24,000 nucleotides of DNA from Halobacterium sp. DL1 (GTDB taxonomy: Archaea; Halobacteriota; Halobacteria; Halobacteriales; Halobacteriaceae), in NCBI GenBank assembly GCA_000230955.3, contig CP007060.1, positions 2,276,216-2,300,215 of the forward strand. The letters run 5' to 3'. The position numbers were made by a program, and so were the translations under genes. The notes under the pieces are model-generated. The model ran no database searches. It was given only the letters and a program-made list of their open reading frames with translations, and was not told the origin of the DNA. This document shows, piece by piece, positions 16,213-24,000 of the stretch. Each line of letters starts with the position of its first letter. Positions within the stretch are counted from its first letter, which is position 1.

Positions 16213-16974
16213 TCAGATTCCGGTCGGGTGGTCGAGGAACGTCGTCTCCAGTCCCCAGTCGTCGGCGAGAGACTGGAGCGCCCGCACGCCGAACGTCTCG
16301 GTCGCGTAGTGTCCCGCGAGGACCACCGTGACGCCAGCCTCCCGGGCCTCGTGGTAGAGCTTCTGCTCGCCCTCCCCCGTGACGAAGGCGTCGACACCCG
16401 CCGCTTCGGCCTCGCGGAGCCAGTCCGCCCCAGCCCCCGTCAGCACCGCGAACTCCTCGAGTTCCTCGGGTCCGAAGTCGAGCACTCGGACGCCCTGGCC
16501 GCCCGTGTCGAGTTCTGATTCGAGCAGCCCCGCGAGTTCGTCGGCGGTGTAGGCTTCGGCGGCGGTGCCCCGCGTGCCGACAGGTTCGCCGTCCGCCTCG
16601 GCGAACGGCTGACGGTCCTCCAGGCCGACGAGGTCCGCGAGGCCGGCCGCGTTACCGAGTTCCGGGTGGCCGTCGAGGGGCAGGTGGGCCGCGTACAGCG
16701 CGCACTCGCCGTCGACGAGTGGCTGGATGCGCTCGTACTCGCGCCCCGTGACGGCGTCCAGCCCGCCCCAGACGACGCCGTGGTGGGTGACCAGCAGGTC
16801 CGCGTCCCACTCGACGGCAGCCTCGACAGTCTCGACGACGCCGTCCACGGCGAACGCCACGCGCTCCACCTCGCGCTCCCGCGGCCCGACCTGCAGGCCG
16901 TTCGTCGCGGCGTCGGTGTAGGCGTCGACGCGCAACCGGTCGTCGAACTCGGAGACGATCTCGGAGAGGTCCAT
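16213..16974 (-). CDS. Nif3-family dinuclear metal centre protein (GTP cyclohydrolase I type 2 homologue)
   Basis: The sequence DAATNGLQVG......V...AFAVDG....V..A....ADLLVTHHG..W......YAAHLPLDGHPELGN......GHY.TE is the NIF3/YbgI pattern. I prefer ATG 16974 (MDLSEIVSEF) over the track start at 16998. Confidence 0.85.
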   Translation of the reverse strand: MDLSEIVSEFDDRLRVDAYTDAATNGLQVGPREREVERVAFAVDGVVETVEAAVEWDADLLVTHHGVVWGGLDAVTGREYERIQPLVDGECALYAAHLPLDGHPELGNAAGLADLVGLEDRQPFAEADGEPVGTRGTAAEAYTADELAGLLESELDTGGQGVRVLDFGPEELEEFAVLTGAGADWLREAEAAGVDAFVTGEGEQKLYHEAREAGVTVVLAGHYATETFGVRALQSLADDWGLETTFLDHPTGI

Positions 16975-17083
16975 GTGCGGAGAGGGGAGCGCCGGCAACT
17001 TCTAGGCGTCGGCATTCCGTCCATCCGCCACCCACCTAGCTCTACCGACCAACCGACGGGGTGGGAATCCGGAAGGGGGCGTG

Positions 17084-17130
17084 GGCGGCGCGTAGCGCCG
17101 CCGAACTCGCGGACGGCTTCGCCGTCCGCG
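17084..17130. other. two adjacent perfect GC-rich hairpins/palindromes in a 297-nt non-coding gap
   Basis: Hairpin 1 spans 17084-17102 (GGCGGCGC-GTA-GCGCCGCC, 8 bp). Hairpin 2 spans 17108-17130 (CGCGGACGGC-TTC-GCCGTCCGCG, 10 bp). They lie downstream of the agmatinase stop (17272) and upstream of the Nif3 start (16974), both on the minus strand. Confidence 0.6.
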
Positions 17131-17271
17131 CAGCTCGTGAGCCGAACCGACGCAAGCACCGCAGGAACGAACGCAGTGAGTGACGAGGAGCGCAACGAGG
17201 TGCAGGCCACGAGCGACCGGGGGCTTCCGCTAACACGCCCTCAGATGTAGTGTGGTCAGAATTACCGAAGA

Positions 17272-18084
17272 CTAGCCGTCCGCGTGAGCGTGAACGAACT
17301 CCCGGACCAGTTTCGCGGCCAGAGTAGCAGCCTGCCCGTCGTCGTGGTCGTTGACCTCCACGACATCGAACCCCACAGCCTCGGGAGCCAACGCACGCAC
17401 GACGTCCCGAATCGTCGTGGAGTCGAGGCCGAACGGCTCCGGGGTGCCCGTGCCGGGGGCGAACGCTGGGTCGGCGGCGTCGACGTCCACACTGAGGTAG
17501 ACGTCGCCGTCGACGTCGGGCGTCCAGTCCGCCGCATCCTCGGGAGGAACGACGGTGACATCGCCCTCGCTGGCGCGCTCCCACTCGGCCTCGCTGCCCG
17601 AGCGCGCACCGACGACGACCGCTTCGTCGGCGACGTCGAGGGCGTGGCGGGTCACCGTCGAGTGGCTCAGCGGGTCGCCGTCGTAGGATTCGCGGAGGTC
17701 GAGGTGGGCGTCGAGTGCGACGAAGACGTCGGGGTCGGCGGCGCGAACGCCCGCGACGCTGACGGTGTGCTCGCCGCCGAGGACGACGGGGACGGCGTCG
17801 TTCCAGTGGGCGTCGGTGAGCACGCCCTCGAGGTAGTCGAGGTACTCCGCGGCGTCGTTCCACGCGTGGACGTCGCCGTAGTCGGCGACGCCGTGGTCGG
17901 AGAAGTGAGCGCCTGAGGCGTGGTGGTAGTCCTCGAAGGTGCGTGCGAACTTGCGGATGCGGTCCGGGCCGAAACGAGCGCCCGGTCGGAAGGAGGTAGA
18001 GATGTCGAGTGGTGCGCCCACGACCACGTAGTCGGCCGTGGTGCCGGCCGACTCCGGGTCGGCGTCGTGGGCGCCGGGGAACAT
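17272..18084 (-). CDS. speB: agmatinase (arginase/ureohydrolase family)
   Basis: The ureohydrolase metal-binding motifs are present: LGGEHTVS, LDAHLDLRE, SVDVDAADPAFAPGTGTPEPFG and GFDVVEV. ATG 18084 is 2 nt downstream of the aIF5A stop, so the two form an operon. Confidence 0.88.
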   Translation of the reverse strand: MFPGAHDADPESAGTTADYVVVGAPLDISTSFRPGARFGPDRIRKFARTFEDYHHASGAHFSDHGVADYGDVHAWNDAAEYLDYLEGVLTDAHWNDAVPVVLGGEHTVSVAGVRAADPDVFVALDAHLDLRESYDGDPLSHSTVTRHALDVADEAVVVGARSGSEAEWERASEGDVTVVPPEDAADWTPDVDGDVYLSVDVDAADPAFAPGTGTPEPFGLDSTTIRDVVRALAPEAVGFDVVEVNDHDDGQAATLAAKLVREFVHAHADG

Positions 18085-18086
18085 GC

Positions 18087-18470
18087 TCAGTCCTGGAGGA
18101 TCTTGCGCTGGCCCTCGAACTCGAGGTACTCGATGTTGTCGTCGGACTGCACGTCGAGGTCGGCGGGAATCTGCATCGTGACGGTCTCGTACGTGTCGAG
18201 GTCCATCACCTGCGCGACGGTGTCGGACTCCTTGGAGACGACCTGTCCCTGCTTCCGGTTGACGATGGGGATCCAGATCTTCGCGTCCACCGGCTGACTG
18301 AGGCTGCGTTTCTTCTCGTCGAAGACGCCGCGGGCCTCGATTCGTGCCTTCGCACTGCCGTGCTTGCCGGGCTTGGCGGTGCTGTAGGCGTTGATTTTGC
18401 AGGCGGCGTCCTCGATCATGACGTAGTTGCCCTCCTGCAGTTCGCGCACTTCCGTCTGCTCTTTCGCCAT
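18087..18470 (-). CDS. eif5a: translation initiation factor 5A (aIF5A)
   Basis: 127 aa from ATG 18470: [26 protein letters not shown]...[16 protein letters not shown]. The (deoxy)hypusine loop is KPGKHG. The 315-aa ORF in the track is an artefactual Arg/Ser/Pro-rich 5' extension that overlaps the aminotransferase gene. Confidence 0.93.
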   Translation of the reverse strand: MAKEQTEVRELQEGNYVMIEDAACKINAYSTAKPGKHGSAKARIEARGVFDEKKRSLSQPVDAKIWIPIVNRKQGQVVSKESDTVAQVMDLDTYETVTMQIPADLDVQSDDNIEYLEFEGQRKILQD

Positions 18471-18494
18471 ACGGCTGGATTCACACCTGCCGGG

Positions 18495-18500
18495 TATAAA
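18495..18500 (-). promoter_or_regulatory. TATA box (TTTATA on minus strand) of the aIF5A-agmatinase operon
   Basis: The minus strand reads CAAACGGTTTATACCCGGC, centred about 27 nt upstream of ATG 18470. It is a near-consensus haloarchaeal TATA at the spacing expected for a leaderless mRNA. Confidence 0.55.
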
Positions 18501-18540
18501 CCGTTTGGAAGCGCTCCGCCCGAAGGCGCTCGCAGACCGT

Positions 18541-19605
18541 TCAGAGCACTGTCGAGACCCGGTCGAGGCCCTCCCGGAGTTCCGCGGTCGGCAGCCCGAA
18601 CCCGACGCGGAAGTAGTCGTCGTAGGCGTCGCCGAAGCAGCGGCCCGGCGCGAGCACGACGGACGCGTCCTCGACCACGGTGCGGCAGAACGCCTCGGAG
18701 TTCTCGAAGCCCGCGGGCACGCCGAGGAACGCGTTGCAACCGACGGGGTCGGGCCAGTCGATGCCGTGTTCTCGTGCCCAGTCCGCGGTGATTTCTCGGT
18801 TCTCCCGAACGTGGTCGAGGGCGTCCTCCCGCAGTTCCGCCTCGCGGTCCGTGAGGACCTGCCGGGCGACGTGCTGGCCGAACTTGGTGGGTGAGATGGT
18901 GGTGTAGTCCTTCCAGCGCTCCGCGGCGTCGACCACCTCGCTGGGTCCGGCGAGCCAGCCGAACCGGAGGCCAGCGAGCCCGTACGTCTTCGAGAGGCCC
19001 GACGTGCTGATGGCGCGCTCGCCGAGACTCGCAACGGGTGGCAGTGGGTCCTCGGCGAGCAGGCGGTACACCTCGTCGCCGAGGAGGTAAGCGTCTGCGT
19101 CCGCAGCGAGGTCGTAGAGCGCCTGGATTGTCTCCTCGTCGTGTTGCCGCCCGGTCGGGTTGTTCGGGTTGTTCACCACCACGAGTTCCGTCTCTGGGCG
19201 AATCGCGTCCGCGACGGCGTCGACGTCCAGCGTCCACTCCGGCCTGTCGAGCGGGACGCGGGTCACGTCGCAGATGGACTCTGGAATCGCGTGGAGGCTC
19301 TGGTACGTCGGCGTGACGACGACGGCGTGGTCGCCCGGCGACAGCAGCGACTGGAAGACGAGGAAGTTCGCCTCCTGAGTCCCCACCGTGCAGACCACCT
19401 CGTCGGCAGTCCGCACGTGTTCCTCGGCAATGGCTGTCCGCACGTCCGGCGCGCCCTTCGTGGGAATCACGTACCCCAGTTCGCCGGGGTCCGTGTCGAA
19501 GTCGCTCGCCGGGAGGCTCCGGACGCCGCTCTCAGCGAGCATCACATCGGCGTCGTGTTCGTACTCCGCGAACCACCGCTCCAGTTCGAACGGCGCTACG
19601 TCCAT
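18541..19605 (-). CDS. pyridoxal-phosphate-dependent aminotransferase, class I/II
   Basis: The fold-type I motifs are present: NNPNNPTG, an Asp/Tyr pair (LLGDEVY) and the PLP-Lys motif [16 protein letters not shown]. The start is ATG 19605 ([12 protein letters not shown]) or GTG 19623. Confidence 0.85.
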   Translation of the reverse strand: MDVAPFELERWFAEYEHDADVMLAESGVRSLPASDFDTDPGELGYVIPTKGAPDVRTAIAEEHVRTADEVVCTVGTQEANFLVFQSLLSPGDHAVVVTPTYQSLHAIPESICDVTRVPLDRPEWTLDVDAVADAIRPETELVVVNNPNNPTGRQHDEETIQALYDLAADADAYLLGDEVYRLLAEDPLPPVASLGERAISTSGLSKTYGLAGLRFGWLAGPSEVVDAAERWKDYTTISPTKFGQHVARQVLTDREAELREDALDHVRENREITADWAREHGIDWPDPVGCNAFLGVPAGFENSEAFCRTVVEDASVVLAPGRCFGDAYDDYFRVGFGLPTAELREGLDRVSTVL

Positions 19606-19659
19606 ACGGTGGCTACGCGACACGGGGTGAAAACTCGGGCGACGGCGGCAGGCGTGGTA

Positions 19660-20430
19660 CTACACGTGGTCCCGGGGCATCAGGTCCGCGAACCGCTGGT
19701 CGTCGAGCCACTCACACAGCTGGACGAGCTGGTCGCTCGCGGCCTCGAACAGCTGTTCTCCCTTCGCCGGGGTGGCGTCGGTCTGGTCGCCGAGCACGCC
19801 GTTCTCGGTGTTGTCCGCGGCGTCGTAGTACGTCCGCGCGCCGTGGACGATTGTCTCGGCGTCCGCGACGCTCGGGACGCCGCCGTCGCGGGCCTCGGCG
19901 AGGCGGTCGTCGTGGACGAGTTCGGGTTCGAGGTACTGCAGCATCGCCGTCTCCTTGGGGCCGCCGTGGGGGCCGTTCTGGTCGAACAGGTCGTCGACCA
20001 GTTCCGGGACGCTCTCGTCCCACATCCAGTCGACGGCGTAGGCCACTTCGTCCTCGCGGAGTCGCGCTCCGACCTCGCGGAGGTGGGGGACGTTGCCGCC
20101 GTGGGCGTTCACGAACACGACGCGGTCGATGCCGTGGGATGTGAGGTTGCGCGTGAGTGATTCGACGTAGTTGCGGAAGGCGGACGGACTGACCCACATC
20201 GTGCCGTGGAACTGGCGGTGATGGCCACTGACACCGACGTTGACGGTTGGCGTGCAGAGGAAGCCGGTCTCGTCGGCGGCCGCCCGCGCGAACGCCTCCG
20301 CGATGACGTGGTCGGTGCCCTCCGGGAGGTGCGGGCCGTGCTGTTCGGTGGAGCCGAGCGGGACCAGCGCGAGGGACTCCGACTCGAAGTAGTCGCCGAG
20401 GTCCGGCCACGCTTCGTTGCCGAGATACAT
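19660..20430 (-). CDS. creatininase-family amidohydrolase (possibly ArfB-type formamide hydrolase)
   Basis: PLGSTEQHGPHLPEGTDHVIAE...VNAHGGN...H are the creatininase-family metal ligand motifs. The track start at 20457 is TTG. ATG 20430 (MYLGNEAWPDL) gives the usual spacing of about 27 aa before the EQHG motif. Confidence 0.8.
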   Translation of the reverse strand: MYLGNEAWPDLGDYFESESLALVPLGSTEQHGPHLPEGTDHVIAEAFARAAADETGFLCTPTVNVGVSGHHRQFHGTMWVSPSAFRNYVESLTRNLTSHGIDRVVFVNAHGGNVPHLREVGARLREDEVAYAVDWMWDESVPELVDDLFDQNGPHGGPKETAMLQYLEPELVHDDRLAEARDGGVPSVADAETIVHGARTYYDAADNTENGVLGDQTDATPAKGEQLFEAASDQLVQLCEWLDDQRFADLMPRDHV

Positions 20431-20559
20431 CACCGGACGAACGGCCGACACGACCAAGAGTGTAGTGGACGGAACGGGGCCCGCCGGCTTCTCCTGGCAG
20501 TGAAAATCTCACTGTGGTCTCCGGGAGTCTTATTCTCGCCCGCGGACACGTTGCACGTG

Positions 20560-21921
20560 ATGCGACGACGCCAGTTCCTCCACGCGAGTGCGGTGACAGC
20601 GCTCGCGGCCGCGACCGGCTGTCTCGGCGGCGACCCGGAAGCGGGGCGGAGCCGGGACCCCTCGACGACGCAGACGACCACAGGGACCACCCCGACCGAC
20701 GAGATACCGGAGCCGACACAGGACGGCGGCTGGCCGATGGCCGACTTCGCCGCCAGCGCAACCGGCCACAACCCGGACGCGTCCACCGCGGAACCGTCCG
20801 GGACCGAGTGGACGTTGTCGTTCCGGGAACACGAGTGGGTCAGCGACCCCGCAGTCGACGCAGAGCACGCGTTCTTCGGCGTGAAGGACTGGGCCGAGAC
20901 GCCCGCGACCAGCGAGGTTCGGGCCCACGCCCTCGCCGAGGGGAGCGAAACATGGTCGCGCTCGCTCCCCTACGGACAGGTCTTCTCACCTGCGCTCGGC
21001 GACTGCGACGGCGACGACGCCGTCTTCGTCGCCTCCGGGCAGGACAACTCGAACACCGACCACGGCCACGGCGAGGTCCGCGCCCTCTCGCGGGATTCGG
21101 GCGACCGGCTCTGGTCGCAGTCGTTCGACATCGAACTCGTCGGCCCACCGGTGTACGCCCGCGACCGGGTGTTCGTCCCCGCTGAGGGACTCGGCGAGGG
21201 TGGCGTCTACGCCCTCGACGCGGCGTCGGGCGAGGAGGACTGGTTCTTCGACGCCGCCCGCGACCCCTCGCACTCGCCGACAGTCGCCGGTGACACCGTC
21301 TACGTCAGCAGTGACCGCGACGAACTCGCCGCCCTCGACGTGGAGACCGGGGACGTCGACTGGCGCACGTCCGCGGAGGGCGACACCACCAGACCCGTCG
21401 TGAACCAGCCAGACGACCTCGTCTACGTCGGCTACCAGCACGGCCTCCAGGCGTTCGAGGCGGACACGGGCGAGTCGGCGTGGACGTTCGAGGTGACCGA
21501 CCCGTCGATTCCCCCGGAGGACTACCTCGGGGTCACGAGCGAACCGGTGCTCGCCGGCGACACGCTGTACGTCCGGACGTCGGACACCTCAGGGTTCGCG
21601 GTCGGCGACCCGGGTGAACTGCACGCCCTCGACGCTGCCTCCGGCGACAAGCGCTGGCAGCTCTCGGACGGTCACCCGGGTAGTAGGGTGGTTGGCGCGG
21701 ACGACCACGCCATCCTGTCACGTGTACCGGTCGGTGAGACGGAGGGTGGTCAGGAGAGCGACGCCGACGGTGAACTGGTCTGCGTGACCCCGGAGGGCGA
21801 GGTGAAGTGGACCGACGGCCAGTGGGAGCCGATGGCGGTGGGCAATGACTACCTGTTCTGTTTCCGCGGCTCGCGGTGGTCGGCGCCGGGCACCACTACG
21901 GTCGCCGCCAGGTCGGTGTGA
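20560..21921 (+). CDS. secreted lipoprotein with PQQ-like (BamB-type) beta-propeller repeats
   Basis: ATG 20560 gives MRRRQFLHASAVTALAAATGCLGG, which combines a twin-arginine signal with a lipobox Cys. A Thr-rich linker follows, then repeated motifs of the type D..tGe..W.f (DSGDRLWSQ, ASGEEDWFF, ETGDVDWRT, DTGESAWTF, ASGDKRWQL). The upstream 118 codons of the track ORF run antisense to the creatininase gene and are discarded. Confidence 0.8.
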   Translation: MRRRQFLHASAVTALAAATGCLGGDPEAGRSRDPSTTQTTTGTTPTDEIPEPTQDGGWPMADFAASATGHNPDASTAEPSGTEWTLSFREHEWVSDPAVDAEHAFFGVKDWAETPATSEVRAHALAEGSETWSRSLPYGQVFSPALGDCDGDDAVFVASGQDNSNTDHGHGEVRALSRDSGDRLWSQSFDIELVGPPVYARDRVFVPAEGLGEGGVYALDAASGEEDWFFDAARDPSHSPTVAGDTVYVSSDRDELAALDVETGDVDWRTSAEGDTTRPVVNQPDDLVYVGYQHGLQAFEADTGESAWTFEVTDPSIPPEDYLGVTSEPVLAGDTLYVRTSDTSGFAVGDPGELHALDAASGDKRWQLSDGHPGSRVVGADDHAILSRVPVGETEGGQESDADGELVCVTPEGEVKWTDGQWEPMAVGNDYLFCFRGSRWSAPGTTTVAARSV

Positions 21922-21924
21922 GCC

Positions 21925-23589
21925 TCAGTCCTCGCCGCGTCCGCGGAGGTTCTGCCTGGTGAACTGCGGGGTCGCGCGGATGCCCTGGCGCTTCCGGAAC
22001 GACCGGTAGAGCGCGAGCGCGACGAGCAGCGTGAAGGTGGCCGAGATGGCGGTCGCCGGGGTGAAGTTCTCGAAGGCGTACAGCAGCGCCGTCGTGGGGA
22101 CGCTCGTCGCGAGCACGAGACCGAGCACGAGGCGGCGCGCGAGGCGGTCGACGACGCCGTTGCTGTCCTCGAGGTCCGCGCGGACGTGGAGGTCCTCGCG
22201 CTCGACGCGGTTCAGCGCGTCCTCTAATTTCGGCGGGATGCGGACCGCGGACTGCGCGGAGTCACGGAACTGCTCGGCGGTCTGGGTGGCGAACTGCTTG
22301 ATGGACTCCTCGCGGTAGCCCTGCTCGGTGAGATACTCCGTCGCCACGGAGATGAAGTCGAAGTCGGGGTCGAGGGTGACACAGACTCCCTCGACGACGG
22401 TGGCGACCCGGAGCACGAGCGCGAGGTTCGACGGCAGGCGCAGCGGGAACTCGTAGATGGTGTCCTCGACCTTCCCCACGATCTGCTGGACGCGGTACGT
22501 CTCGATGGACTCCCCGCGGGCGTCCTGGATGGCGAGTTCCATCACCTCCGCCATCGTGGCGCGGTCGGCCTCCGGGGAGAGCGTCCCCATCTCGATGAGC
22601 GCGTCGAGGATTGCGTCGATGTCCTGGTTGGCGACCGCGACGTAGAAGTCCACGATCTTCTGCTGGACGAACTCGTCGACGCGACCGCTCATCCCGAAGT
22701 CGTAGAAGACGACGGTGCCATCGTCGCGCACCGCGAGATTACCCGGGTGCGGGTCGGCGTGGAAGACGCCGTCCTCGATGATCATCTGGAGGTAGGTGCG
22801 TTCGAGGGTCTCGGCGACCCGCGAGCGGTCGATGCCCTTGCGCTCGAGTTCCTCGACGTTCGATATCTTCGTGCCCGAGATGTACTGCATCGTGAGCACC
22901 CGGCTGCTGGAGTAGTCGTCGTACACCGGGGGGATGGCGACCGCCGGGTCGTCCGCGAAGTTCGCGCGGATCTCGGTGAGCATCTCGGCCTCGCGGTCGT
23001 AGTTCATCTCCTCGCGGATGGTCTTCGAGAACTCGTCGGCGAGGCTCCGGAGGCTGAACGCCCGCCCCTCACCGACGAACCGGGCCACGACCGGGAGCGT
23101 CCACCGGACGACCCGGAGGTCGGCCTCGACGAGCTCCTCGATTCCGGGGCGCCGGACCTTCACCGCGACCGGTTCGCCTTCGACCTGGGCGGTGTACACC
23201 TGGCCGAGGCTCGCGCCGCTGATGGGTTCACGGTCGAAGTCGTCGAACACGTCGTCGACGGGGCCGAGTTCCTCCTCCAGCACCACTCTGGCGTTCTCCC
23301 AGTCGGCGGGCGGCACGCGGTCCTGGAGGTCGGTGAGCACGTCGACGTACTCCGGGGGGAGGACGTCCGGTCGCGTCGAGAGCAGTTGCCCGAGTTTGAT
23401 GAACGTCGGCCCGAGCGTGAGCAGCGAGTCGAGCAGTAGTTCGGCGCGTTCGACGCGCGTCTCCGTGGTGACGGGCCGACTGCTCCCGAACAGGACGAAC
23501 CGCCGCCGGTCGCGGAGGTAGCCCCAGACGAGCGGGAGGAACTGCCACGCGACGACGACGAACCGGCGGTACGACCGGAGTACCGCCAC
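21925..23589 (-). CDS. ABC1/UbiB/AarF atypical kinase family protein
   Basis: LGPTFIKLGQLLSTRPDVLPPEYVDVLTDLQDRVPP is the ABC1 signature. It is followed by ASLGQVY...AVKVRRPG, a kinase-like HADPHPGN catalytic motif and DFG. Two C-terminal hydrophobic segments are present. Confidence 0.9.
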   Translation of the reverse strand: MAVLRSYRRFVVVAWQFLPLVWGYLRDRRRFVLFGSSRPVTTETRVERAELLLDSLLTLGPTFIKLGQLLSTRPDVLPPEYVDVLTDLQDRVPPADWENARVVLEEELGPVDDVFDDFDREPISGASLGQVYTAQVEGEPVAVKVRRPGIEELVEADLRVVRWTLPVVARFVGEGRAFSLRSLADEFSKTIREEMNYDREAEMLTEIRANFADDPAVAIPPVYDDYSSSRVLTMQYISGTKISNVEELERKGIDRSRVAETLERTYLQMIIEDGVFHADPHPGNLAVRDDGTVVFYDFGMSGRVDEFVQQKIVDFYVAVANQDIDAILDALIEMGTLSPEADRATMAEVMELAIQDARGESIETYRVQQIVGKVEDTIYEFPLRLPSNLALVLRVATVVEGVCVTLDPDFDFISVATEYLTEQGYREESIKQFATQTAEQFRDSAQSAVRIPPKLEDALNRVEREDLHVRADLEDSNGVVDRLARRLVLGLVLATSVPTTALLYAFENFTPATAISATFTLLVALALYRSFRKRQGIRATPQFTRQNLRGRGED

Positions 23590-23592
23590 CGA

Positions 23593-23943
23593 TTACCCCT
23601 CGACGGGAACCCGGTGGGCGGTCTCCCCCCGCTTCGGCAGGCGGACCTCGAGGACGCCGTGGTCGACAGACGCGGCGGAACCGTCGTCGGTGGCGTCCGG
23701 CGGCAGGGGGAGTTCGAGGTCGAGGAACAGCGAGCGCTCCTCGGTCCGGTAGCTGAATCCGCTCGGAACGGACTTCTGGCGGTGTGCGTCGACGACGAGC
23801 GTCCGGCCGTCGACGCGAACGTCGACGTCCTCGGCAGTGACGCCGGCCACGTCGACGACGAAGAGGTAGGCGTCCTCCCGTTCGAGCACGTCGACGAACA
23901 CCGAATCTGGCAGGTTCCCTAGCGCTTCGCGCAAGCGGGACAT
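23593..23943 (-). CDS. Hsp20/alpha-crystallin-domain small heat-shock protein
   Basis: 116 aa. The sequence DVLEREDAYLFVVDVAGVTAEDVDVRVDGRTLVVDAHR....Y...ER......L.LP......A....GVLEVRLPK matches the ACD pattern. Its stop is 3 nt before the ABC1 kinase start. A CTTTTTC TATA-like element lies at 23968-23974, about 28 nt upstream of ATG 23943. Confidence 0.8.
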   Translation of the reverse strand: MSRLREALGNLPDSVFVDVLEREDAYLFVVDVAGVTAEDVDVRVDGRTLVVDAHRQKSVPSGFSYRTEERSLFLDLELPLPPDATDDGSAASVDHGVLEVRLPKRGETAHRVPVEG

Positions 23944-24000
23944 AGCCGACGTTTGGAGCGCAGAGGCGAAAAAGCCGGTGGTCGAGACACTGACTCGTCT

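Noticed and set aside
18471-19034. 5' extensions of real genes in the ORF track: aIF5A extended to 19034, the ABC transporter to 16397, the KaiC-like gene to 11180 and the beta-propeller back to 20206.
   Set aside because: The extensions overlap neighbouring genes, have basic Arg/Ser/Pro-rich composition unlike the acidic mature proteins, and internal ATG/GTG codons with TATA-like or SD-like elements give N-termini typical of each family.

Overview
This window is a high-GC archaeal chromosome segment, almost certainly from a haloarchaeon (class Halobacteria). Sampled 60-nt lines are about 65-72% GC in the flanks. The proteins are strongly acidic, several lipoprotein and TATA signals match haloarchaeal patterns, and many starts look leaderless. 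I support 23 protein-coding genes and found no rRNA, tRNA, CRISPR array, transposase or integrase. The flanks hold ordinary transport, stress and housekeeping genes:
- A tandem-USP gene and an APC amino-acid permease that look like one operon.
- A CNNM/DUF21-CBS hemolysin-family protein.
- A PiT transporter convergent with a UspA gene.
- A membrane-anchored tandem LEA_2 protein.
- An MsbA-type ABC exporter and a Nif3-family protein.
- An aIF5A-agmatinase operon.
- A class I/II aminotransferase and a creatininase-family protein.
- A Tat-lipoprotein with a PQQ-like beta-propeller.
- An ABC1/UbiB kinase next to an Hsp20.
The centre (about 8.2-14.1 kb) is different. Its sampled lines are clearly lower in GC (48-60%), and all five of its genes lie on the minus strand. 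They are a soluble four-PAS histidine kinase, a receiver+HalX response regulator, a KaiC/RAD55-like protein with a degenerate P-loop (translationally coupled to the regulator), a heliorhodopsin with its own AT-rich promoter, and a glycerophosphodiester phosphodiesterase. The heliorhodopsin and its co-directional signalling neighbours are the most interesting content. They suggest a candidate light-input module that has not been described, but this is inference. All calls rest on reading motifs in the supplied translations and sequence; no database search was run. Most of the long Arg/Pro/Gly-rich ORFs in the six-frame track are high-GC artefacts.
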